Source: Candidatus Poribacteria bacterium
GTDB taxonomy: Bacteria > Poribacteria > WGA-4E > WGA-3G
Direction: 5' to 3'
Length of the DNA: 64,000 nt
Assembly: GCA_965214095.1 (NCBI GenBank)
Contig: OZ243938.1
Location: 3,584,001-3,648,000, forward strand
Under the pieces are notes generated by a model that saw nothing but the letters and a program-made list of their open reading frames with translations, ran no database searches and was not told the DNA's origin. Positions 11,736-21,000 of this stretch are shown here, piece after piece. Within the stretch, counting starts at the first letter, position 1. Each line of letters starts with the position of its first letter. The translations under genes were made by a program, and so were the position numbers.

Positions 11736-12908
11736 TTATCGTCCATATTGCTTCATTACCTTTTTCAACGGCTCTAGTGGTATAGCATGCATTGTCCGAC
11801 CATTCCGTCCAGTCATTGTCGTTGCCATTGTCATTGAATTTATAACCGCCTCCTCAGTTGCCTCAATAGCAGCCTCAAAAAGAGAACTCAAACGACTGTT
11901 GACAACCATGTTGATCTTGAATGTACCGCTTTCTGTATAACGTGGAAAAACATTTGCAGTTGAAAACGCTATGACGAACTCTCCACTGCTATCAGTGCTT
12001 GGTGTACCAGTCCGTGCAAGACCGTGTGTCGCACGGATTGCCAACTGTTTCAACTGACGGTGTGACAATGGTGCATCCGTGGCAATAACAATAATAAACG
12101 AACCATCCCTACCAGGTTTAGGTTGATCCGCTTCCAATGCCTTACCAACAGGGACACCATCAATCCGTAACTGATGTCGTCGTCCACCATTAGCGTTTAC
12201 CAAAACGCCGACTTTCCAACCGCCACTGTTTTGCGGTAACACTCGCGAGGCAGTGCCGATTCCAGCTTTGAACCCATAGGTACGCATCCCTGTTCCACCA
12301 CCGACACATCCTTCCGCTACAGGACCAGATGTCGATTTCTCAATTGCTTCAATGGCGTGTTCTGGTTTTACGTGTAATCCACTGATGTCATTCAGACCAC
12401 CATCATAGCATTCTGCGACTATAGGAAGCACGATGTTATCGTCAGGATAGTGTTTGATGATGTATCGGACAACTCCGTCGTGGACTGCACCCACACTGAG
12501 CGTATTTGTTAGCAAAATTGGTGACTCAATCCATCCAGCTTGGTTAATTCGGGCAATACCAGTAGATTCACCATTGCCGTGGATTGTATGCGCTGCACCA
12601 AACAAACGGGATTTCCAAATATCATCGTGTGGGAGAATAGCTGTAACACCTGTGCGTATGGAATCCCCTTTGTTTAAGGTAATATGTCCTACCTTGACAC
12701 CAGCGACATCAGTAATGGCATTATGTTCGCCAGTTGGATATATACCGATTTGGATGCCAAGTTCTCTTGCCCTTACGCGCTGTGTCTCTGTCTCTTGGGC
12801 ACTTATTGAGTATGTCAATAGTATCAATAATCCAAAAAGATACAAATGGACGAGTATTTTAAAGCAGACAGTGACTTTTGACTGTTTGAGAATAATAGGT
12901 GTGGTCAT
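11736..12908 (-). CDS. DmpA/P1-family (S58) aminopeptidase with signal peptide
   Basis: NAITDV.GV.VGH, TGVTAILP, LTNTLSVG, EG.VGGGTGM, G-S autoprocessing site DGS-FIIVIATDAPL. Confidence 0.9.
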   Translation of the reverse strand: MTTPIILKQSKVTVCFKILVHLYLFGLLILLTYSISAQETETQRVRARELGIQIGIYPTGEHNAITDVAGVKVGHITLNKGDSIRTGVTAILPHDDIWKSRLFGAAHTIHGNGESTGIARINQAGWIESPILLTNTLSVGAVHDGVVRYIIKHYPDDNIVLPIVAECYDGGLNDISGLHVKPEHAIEAIEKSTSGPVAEGCVGGGTGMRTYGFKAGIGTASRVLPQNSGGWKVGVLVNANGGRRHQLRIDGVPVGKALEADQPKPGRDGSFIIVIATDAPLSHRQLKQLAIRATHGLARTGTPSTDSSGEFVIAFSTANVFPRYTESGTFKINMVVNSRLSSLFEAAIEATEEAVINSMTMATTMTGRNGRTMHAIPLEPLKKVMKQYGR

Positions 12909-13456
12909 ATATTAAGTTGCTCCCGATAGATAGTACGAATATGATTGAATATATTGATGTATGTAGGCAAACGATAGTCCGGATAGGTCCATTCCCACGG
13001 TTGGAACGTTTTTTGATAATAACGAAGTGTAATTTCCGCATAGATTCCATCGCTGAGATAGATACGGTGTGCATGGTCTTTTGTTGAGGCAAGGACTAAC
13101 TTCGCTAAACAGATGTATCCGACATCTAAGTTGACACGCCGCTGTGTTGTGCCTTCTGTTAAGTATGTTTGTTCTACCTGATTGGTATATAGTTTTTGGA
13201 GTGCAAGTGTGCCAGGATCGATCAGGTTTTCAAAACTGATAAATTGTCTATGAATATCTTTTCCCATTTCGTCTTCATAGTAATTTGTACTTGTGAAGGG
13301 GAATAGTTCGCTTGTATAGTCAATGTTCCCAAAGTGATCTGTAAGTTGATGATAGACAGCTGGCAAGATTGATGGTGCCGCTGTTAGAACACCGATGATT
13401 GCTTTCACTGGAAATTGTTCAATAATCGTTCCCATAAATATATTCTTAGTAGGCAA
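12905..13456 (-). CDS. DUF4416 family protein
   Basis: F..T.YYE.EMG, R.VNLD.GY, LVLASTK...HRIYL..GIYAE, WTYPDY. Confidence 0.8.
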   Translation of the reverse strand: MPTKNIFMGTIIEQFPVKAIIGVLTAAPSILPAVYHQLTDHFGNIDYTSELFPFTSTNYYEDEMGKDIHRQFISFENLIDPGTLALQKLYTNQVEQTYLTEGTTQRRVNLDVGYICLAKLVLASTKDHAHRIYLSDGIYAEITLRYYQKTFQPWEWTYPDYRLPTYINIFNHIRTIYREQLNI

Positions 13457-13539
13457 TCTGTAAAGCAGATAGATATTCTACATAATTAAAGCAAATTGTA
13501 CGCCAATATGTAAAAAATCCACAATTTTCGCATTTTTTC

Positions 13540-13568
13540 TTGACAATTTATCATCTGAAAGGTATAAT
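13540..13568 (+). promoter_or_regulatory. sigma70 promoter of rpoBC
   Basis: TTGACA-17 nt-TATAAT, exact consensus, about 350 nt upstream of rpoB. Confidence 0.75.
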
Positions 13569-13923
13569 ATTACGTTACGCCTTAAAGAAGTTTCTAAAGT
13601 AAACGCAATAACATGCTTCTTTGTAGTGAAGTATATAACTTCTTCAAAAAATAGGCAACTATTTTATAGTTAAATGGAAAATTGTCATAATTATTTGGTA
13701 TTTACCGTAGGTCGTCAGGTACTTCATCCGCATTTTCTGTCAGGTATGTGAAGTCAAGTGATGTTTCGCGCCTACTATTATTTAATCTCCTAATTAGGTA
13801 AGTCGTTTTCACATACTACTCCATTTCTACAAATTATAATAGAATTTTCTGTCAACTCGTTTGAAACTGAAGTCCAGTCGTTAAAACCTTCAATCCATCC
13901 GCTACCTTGCAAGGTGAATATAT

Positions 13924-16900
13924 ATGCCCAACAAAACTAAATCTAATGGAAGTTCTGCTTCATTACGACAGCGCGTTTCCTTTGCCAAAACCCCCACGGT
14001 CCTTGAACTGCCTGACTTAATTGAGACCCAAAAACGTTCTTATGCATCATTTATGCAGCGTGATGTACCAGAAGATGAACGCGAAACAAAAGGTCTACAG
14101 GCATTGTTCAAAGAAGTTTTTCCGATTTATGACTTTAAAGAAACTACAAGTCTCGAATTTGTTAGTTACACACTCAGTTCACCGACACATGATCTTACGG
14201 ACTGCCAAGCGCGCGGTCTAAACTATCAGGTGCGATTACAAGCACGACTGATGTGTGTTGAACGTGAAAAAGATGAAGACACAGGACAGACTCGGGTGTT
14301 GGACATTACCGAATCGGATGTCTATCTTGGCGATATCCCGCTAATGACTGAAAATGGAACATTTATTGTCAATGGTTCTGAACGTGTGATTGTTAATCAA
14401 TTACAACGTTCCCCCGGTGTGATTTTTCTTGATAAATCGCATGCATCAAGCGTGCAGAAACTCCCCACAGGTCAGATTATTCCATACCGCGGTGCATGGA
14501 TAGAGTTTGAATTCGATTCAAAGGATTGCATTCATGTCCGTCTTGACCGAAAGAAAAAAATATTGGTTACTGTGCTATTACGTGCACTCGGTTGGCAAAC
14601 AGATGCAGAAATCCTAAAACTTTTCGGTAGCACAGAAATTGTTCCGTTGACACAGGACATTATCGGAAGAGTCATTGCTGAAGATGTTGTTGATTCCAAA
14701 ACAGGTGAAAGACTGTTTGAAGCTAACACAAAATTATCTGAAATAGAATTTGATAGATTAGTGGAAGCTAAAATATCAGAAGTTGAAGTACTAGTGGAAA
14801 CGGATGAACAGGAGTTACGGTTCTTAAGAAATACCCTATCACGCGACACGGTAAAGACAAGTGCTGGTGACTCGTTGCAAGAAAAAGCACTCATTGAGAT
14901 TTTTCGTACATTGAGACCAGGTGATTCACCAACCCGTGACGCAGCATCTACATGTCTGGAACGCCTATTTTTTGATGGTGCCCGTTACGATTTAGGTACT
15001 GTCGGCAGATACAAGATTAACACGAAACTCGGGGACCTACCAGTTTATCAGGATGAATCCGGTGAAATGCCATCTGAGGAGATGCGGGTACTACGTCCAA
15101 CTGATATTGCTGCTACACTACAATATTTGATGGAAATACGTAACGGTCACCGACGTGTAGATGACTTAGACCATCTTGGAAACAGACGAGTACGTGTCAT
15201 AGGTGAACTACTTGAAAATCAGTTTCGTATTGCGTTGTTGCAGATGCGTCGTGCAGCACGTGAGAAGCTTAGTACAACGACAGATGCGCAGCTAAAGAAC
15301 CCCAAAAATTTAGTGAACCCCAAACCACTTATAATGTCGCTTCGAGAGTTTTTCGGTTCTAACCAACTTTCACAATTCATGCAACAGATCAATCCGTTGG
15401 ATGAACTCACGCATAAACGTCGTATTTCTGCGATCGGACCTGGCGGACTGCACCGGGACCGAGCAACAGCAGCAGTGCGAGATGTCCATCGTACTCACTA
15501 TGGACGTGTCTGTCCGTTAGAAACACCCGAAGGTCCTTCAATTGGTCTCATCGTGTCGTTAGCAACGTTTGCACGGGTCAATCCGTATGGATTTTTGGAA
15601 ACACCATATCGTGCTATACGTAACGGGAAAGTTACGAAAGATGTAGAATACTTAACGGCTGATGCAGAGGACAAGTATAATATTGCCCCAGCAGACGCAC
15701 TTAAAAAAGGCAGAAGAGCGAAAATCCTACGAAGCCGTAAAGGCGAAGAAGTGATTGAACGCGAAATTTCAGACATTGACTATATCGGGATTGCTCCACA
15801 ACAGATTGTCGGTGTTTCTGCCGCACTCGTTCCCTTCTTGGAACACGAAGATGCTAACCGCGCACTTATGGGGGCAAATCACCAACGTCAAGCCGTACCA
15901 TTAATCTCACCAGAGGCTCCGTGGGTCGGCACCGGCATGGAACATCGGGCAGCACGGGATGCGAATGCAATGGTAGTCGCACACCGTGGTGGTGTTGTCA
16001 CAAGTGTTGACGCTGAAGAGATCTTGATCCGCACAGGGCAAGCACTTCATCTTGAAGAAGGTGAGCACACATTCAGTGAAATGGGGTACGATGTTTATAA
16101 ACTGAAAAACTTTAAACGCAGTAATAGCGGTACATGCATACACCAACGTCCACGCATAGAAATCGGTGATGTTATAGAAAAAGGTGATGTTATTGCCGAT
16201 GGCACTTCTACAGAGAGTGGTGAACTTGCACTCGGAAGAAATATCCTCTGTGCTTATATGCCGTGGGGCGGCCATAACTTTGAAGACTCTATTCTTATCA
16301 GTGAGTCGCTTATTAAGAACGACACTTTTACCTCTATCCATATTGAAGAATTTGAAGTTGCTGCCAGACAAACGAAAATGGGGGACGAGGAGATTACACG
16401 CGATATTCCAAACATGTCCGCTCGCAGTCTCGCACAACTTGATGAAGAAGGTGTCATTCGTATAGGCAGTGTCGTCGGAACAGGTAGTATTCTTGTCGGC
16501 AAAATCTCCCCGAAAGGTGAAGCAGAATACGGTCCTGAAGAGAAACTCCTACGCGCAATCTTCGGTGAAAAAGTTAAAGAGGTCAAAGATGCATCCGCAT
16601 ACACCCGGCCTGGTGTTGAAGGTGTTGTCATAGATGTAAAGGTGTTTTCTCGTCAAGCCACCGCTAACAGTGAGCGAACTGCTTTGCATCAAGATAATCT
16701 TAGGAAACAAATTCAGCAGACATGGCATGAACAGTGTCAACAGATCGCTGAACGTCTAACAGAAGAGATGCGAGAGACTTTAGTCAACAAAGAGCTCGCT
16801 TATCCGACAACAATTGGGATTAATAATAATAACATTGAAGATACAGAAAACGCAGTAACGCCAGACCAGTTGGAAGCGGGTGATGTGTTAACTCGTGAGT

Positions 16901-17949
16901 ATCTCGCCGGACTATCACAAAGTGAACTTGAAGGACTTCAGGTTACTGACGCGGATGCTACTACATATATCCAAAGCCTGCAAGAACTCGCTAAAGGGAG
17001 AATTGTCGTATATACACAGGAAAAAGATGCCGCATTAGAAAAACTTGAAGCAGGTGAAGAATTAAAACCTGGTGTCCTGAAACTTGTAAAAGTTTATGTC
17101 GCAAGCCGTCGTTCCATTTCTATCGGAGATAAGATGGCTGGACGTTATGGCAATAAGGGTGTTGTTGCACAGATTTTACCTGAAGAAGATATGCCTTACC
17201 TACCGGATGGAACGCCTGTTGATATAGTCTTAAATCCGCTCGGTGTGCCTTCTCGGATGAATGTTGGGCAAATCCTTGAGATTCATTTAGGTTTAGCCTG
17301 TAAGGAACTCGGTTTGCATATTTCATCCCCTGTGTTTGATGGTGCTACAGAGGTTGAGGTATTTGAGATGTTAGAGAAAACAGAATTGCCTGAAAATGTC
17401 AAAAAAACTGGGAAAAGTGTCTTATACGATGGACGAACTGGCGATGCGTTTGGGCAGGAAGTCACAGTCGGTTATGTCTATTTCCTTAAGTTAAACCACC
17501 TTGTAGCGGATAAGATGCATGCACGGTCAACCGGTCCTTATTCACTTGTAACACAGCAACCTCTTGGTGGAAAAGCACAGCATGGCGGTCAACGTCTCGG
17601 TGAAATGGAAGTATGGGCATTGGAAGCTTACGGTGCCGCACATACATTACAAGAGATGTTAACTATCAAGTCCGATGACGTTAAAGGTAGAACGAAAATC
17701 TATGAATCTATTGTAAAAGGACAGAGTCCAATGAAACCCGGCACTCCTGAATCATTTAATGTGTTGGTCCGCGAACTGCAAAGTCTCGGTTTAAATGTTG
17801 AACTGACTGAAGGTGATCCTGATGTAGACGCTGAACAGAGCGGACTCGGTGATACAGACTTCCCACTCCTACATACATTGGATACAATGGAACCCATAGA
17901 GGATGAACCACCACTAAAACTCACCTGGGATATTGACGATTCCGAATAG
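13924..17949 (+). CDS. rpoB: DNA-directed RNA polymerase beta subunit
   Basis: GTFIVNG.ERV, RDVH.THYGR.CP.ETPEG, GDKMAGR.GNKG, GGQRLGEME. Confidence 0.99.
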   Translation: MPNKTKSNGSSASLRQRVSFAKTPTVLELPDLIETQKRSYASFMQRDVPEDERETKGLQALFKEVFPIYDFKETTSLEFVSYTLSSPTHDLTDCQARGLNYQVRLQARLMCVEREKDEDTGQTRVLDITESDVYLGDIPLMTENGTFIVNGSERVIVNQLQRSPGVIFLDKSHASSVQKLPTGQIIPYRGAWIEFEFDSKDCIHVRLDRKKKILVTVLLRALGWQTDAEILKLFGSTEIVPLTQDIIGRVIAEDVVDSKTGERLFEANTKLSEIEFDRLVEAKISEVEVLVETDEQELRFLRNTLSRDTVKTSAGDSLQEKALIEIFRTLRPGDSPTRDAASTCLERLFFDGARYDLGTVGRYKINTKLGDLPVYQDESGEMPSEEMRVLRPTDIAATLQYLMEIRNGHRRVDDLDHLGNRRVRVIGELLENQFRIALLQMRRAAREKLSTTTDAQLKNPKNLVNPKPLIMSLREFFGSNQLSQFMQQINPLDELTHKRRISAIGPGGLHRDRATAAVRDVHRTHYGRVCPLETPEGPSIGLIVSLATFARVNPYGFLETPYRAIRNGKVTKDVEYLTADAEDKYNIAPADALKKGRRAKILRSRKGEEVIEREISDIDYIGIAPQQIVGVSAALVPFLEHEDANRALMGANHQRQAVPLISPEAPWVGTGMEHRAARDANAMVVAHRGGVVTSVDAEEILIRTGQALHLEEGEHTFSEMGYDVYKLKNFKRSNSGTCIHQRPRIEIGDVIEKGDVIADGTSTESGELALGRNILCAYMPWGGHNFEDSILISESLIKNDTFTSIHIEEFEVAARQTKMGDEEITRDIPNMSARSLAQLDEEGVIRIGSVVGTGSILVGKISPKGEAEYGPEEKLLRAIFGEKVKEVKDASAYTRPGVEGVVIDVKVFSRQATANSERTALHQDNLRKQIQQTWHEQCQQIAERLTEEMRETLVNKELAYPTTIGINNNNIEDTENAVTPDQLEAGDVLTREYLAGLSQSELEGLQVTDADATTYIQSLQELAKGRIVVYTQEKDAALEKLEAGEELKPGVLKLVKVYVASRRSISIGDKMAGRYGNKGVVAQILPEEDMPYLPDGTPVDIVLNPLGVPSRMNVGQILEIHLGLACKELGLHISSPVFDGATEVEVFEMLEKTELPENVKKTGKSVLYDGRTGDAFGQEVTVGYVYFLKLNHLVADKMHARSTGPYSLVTQQPLGGKAQHGGQRLGEMEVWALEAYGAAHTLQEMLTIKSDDVKGRTKIYESIVKGQSPMKPGTPESFNVLVRELQSLGLNVELTEGDPDVDAEQSGLGDTDFPLLHTLDTMEPIEDEPPLKLTWDIDDSE

Positions 17950-18075
17950 TTTAAGACTGAAGTGACTATCGGTTTTCGTAAAGAGAATTGCTGAAAATCA
18001 CACATCTCTTTAAAGAAAACTGATAGTTTACTGCCGAGAACCATTCCCACACTCATTATTAAGGAGAAGAAAGAA

Positions 18076-21000
18076 ATGGCAGACAAAGAAAATCGATTTA
18101 ATCGTATATCTATTAGTATCGCCTCCCCTGAACAGATAAAGGATTGGGCAAAACGCACGTCCTGTAAGCGACGGAATCCGGCAAATGATGTATGGACATG
18201 TGCTGAAAAAGGCACTTGTGATTGCGGTGAAATCAAAAAAGCCGAAACTATTAATTATCGCAGTTTTCGCCCGGAGCAACAAGGTCTATTCTGTGAAGCT
18301 ACATTTGGTCCACAGAAAGATTTTGAGTGCAGTTGTGGAAAGTACAAACGTATTAAGCACAAAGGACTAATCTGTGACCAGTGTGGGGTTGAAGTTACAA
18401 AGTCTCAGGTTAGAAGAGAACGGCTCGGTTACATAAAACTTGCAACACCAGTATCTCATATATGGTTTTTCAAAGGGATACCATCCAGACTCGGCACATT
18501 CTTGGAACTTGCATCGCGCCAAGTCGAGAGAGTTCTCTACTTTGAAGCTTTTATTGTCACAGAGGTAACTGATGACAACTGCGGTTTAGCTGAAAAAGAT
18601 ATTCTTACTGAACCAGAAGTTATTGCAAAGCAACGCGAATTCCCCGATGCCTTTAAAGCTGGAACTGGAGCTGAGGCGATACAGGAACTGCTAAGTAAAA
18701 TTGACCTACCAGAAGATGTTAAAAAGTTTAAAGGAGAACTTGAGGAGACTTCAAGCCATCAGAAAAAAGTTAAACTCTCAAAACAATTGAAGATGGTCGC
18801 AGGTTTCGAAAAAGCAAGCATGCAACCCGATTGGATGATCCTTGAAGTGCTTCCAGTGATTAGTCCTGACCTACGTCCATTAGTATCTTTAGAAGGTGGT
18901 AGATTTGCTACAAGTGACCTGAACGATTTATACCGTCGCGTTATTAATAGGAACAACCGCCTACAGAAACTAATTGATCTACGTTCACCAGAAGTTATCC
19001 TCCGTAACGAAAAACGGATGCTTCAGGAATCTGTTGACGCGTTTTTGGATAACGGAAGACATGGACGCAAAGTCACAGGTCCGGGTAAACGCGCCCTAAA
19101 ATCTTTGTCTGATATTCTTAAAGGTAAAGTCGGACGGTTCCGTCAAAATTTGCTTGGGAAACGTGTGGACTATTCTGGCAGAAGTGTGATTGTCGTCGGT
19201 CCTGAATTAGAACTGCATCAGTGTGGCATACCGAAGTTAATGGCTGTGGAACTTTTCAAACCTTTCATTATTGAGAAACTGATGACATCGGGAGAAGCGC
19301 AGACTATAAAACGGGGCAAGCACTTGACCGATCACGTCACACCTGACTCGCCTGTCTGGGAGGCATTGGAGGAAGTCATCGCTGACCACCCTGTCCTCTT
19401 AAATCGTCCACCGACACTTCATCGTCTCGGAATTCAGGCGTTTATGCCTGTGCTGGTTGAAGGAAAATCCATACGAATTCCGCCACTTGTTTGTAAGGCA
19501 TTCAATGCTGATTTTGATGGAGACCAGATGGCTGTTCATGTGCCGCTCTCTATTGAGGCTCGTACGGAAGCAAAGATGTTACTGCTCAGTAGTGGGAACA
19601 TTCTAAAACCTTCCCACGGAGAACCCATTGCAGTTCCCGAACTTGACATGATTTTAGGGGCAAGTTTTCTTACCAAAGAACTTCCCGATCACAGAGAACA
19701 AGCAGAAAAACTACACGCTGCTTATGCTGATAGCTCCGATAAAAATAAGGTGTTCGCAACATTAGAAAGCGAGACTTGGGCAAAAAGACGGTTTACAACA
19801 CTTGATGAGGTTACACACGCACACGGTTGCGGCACGATCAAACTCCATGATTCTGTGGTTCTCTTTTTCAAAGAACATCGTGAACCTATCCTCACTACTG
19901 TCGGACGCGTTATTTTCAATGAAGTACTGCCTCATACAAACGGTACAGTTTCACTCTCATGGCCAGATGAAATATCAGGTCTTGAATTACCATTCTTCAA
20001 TGAGGAAGCACGAGGAAGACGGCTGTCAGAACTTGTCAAACAGTGTTTCAATGAGCTTGGGACTGCTGAAACTGTTTCTCTATTAGATCGATTACAGAAG
20101 CTTAGTTTTGAATATGCAACGCGGAGTGGCATTTCTCCGGGTATTAAGGACTATTTGATACCTGAAGAGAAGAAAAAAATCCTCAGGGATGCTCAGAAAC
20201 AGATTGATCTTCTCAGACAGCAAGAGGACCTTGAGGCGGAAGAATTTGAAAACGAAAAAATTCGGATATGGTCTGTCGCAGTGAATGAAGTTGGTGAGAC
20301 GTTGTTTACGGAACTCCCAGAAACGAAAGCATATCTGGTTGAACAAGGGAAAGAGGTAGAAGGATTTAGTCCCGTTCATCTGATGGCAGATAGCGGTGCA
20401 CGCGCACGGAAAAATCCATTCTCACAAATCAGTGCAATCGTCGGATTGAAGTCAAGACAAGATGGTGAAATCCTATCCACACCGATACAATCCTCATATC
20501 GCGAAGGTCTAGATGTACTTGATTACTTCACATCTACTTACGGGTCACGAAAAGGATTGGTGGATACGGCTATGAAAACTGCCGCATCCGGATACCTTAC
20601 ACGGAAACTTGTTGATGTCGCACAAGATGTTATGATTACCGAAGATGACTGCGGTACTATGAACGGTATCCTCAAGTTTACCACAGACGCTGGGTCCATC
20701 AGCTTTAAAATTAGTGGACGCATTACAGTTGAACCTGTGGTACATCCGTCAACAAAGGAAATATTGGTAGAAAGTGATACTTTCATTAGTCCACAGTTAG
20801 CACAGAGGATTGAAGCCGCTGAAGTGCCAAGTGTGCGTGTCCGGTCAATATTGACATGTGAGACGGAAAAAGGCGTTTGTGCAAGATGCTACGGTGCTGA
20901 TTTAACTTCGGGGCAACTTGCCAACGTAGGAGAAGCAATTGGTATCATCGCTGCACAATCTATTGGTGAACCCGGCACACAGTTGACAATGCGTACGTTC

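Noticed and set aside
16650-17060. RpoB insertion before ELKPGVLK
   Set aside because: Lies at the commonly expanded beta-i9 position and is of unremarkable size.
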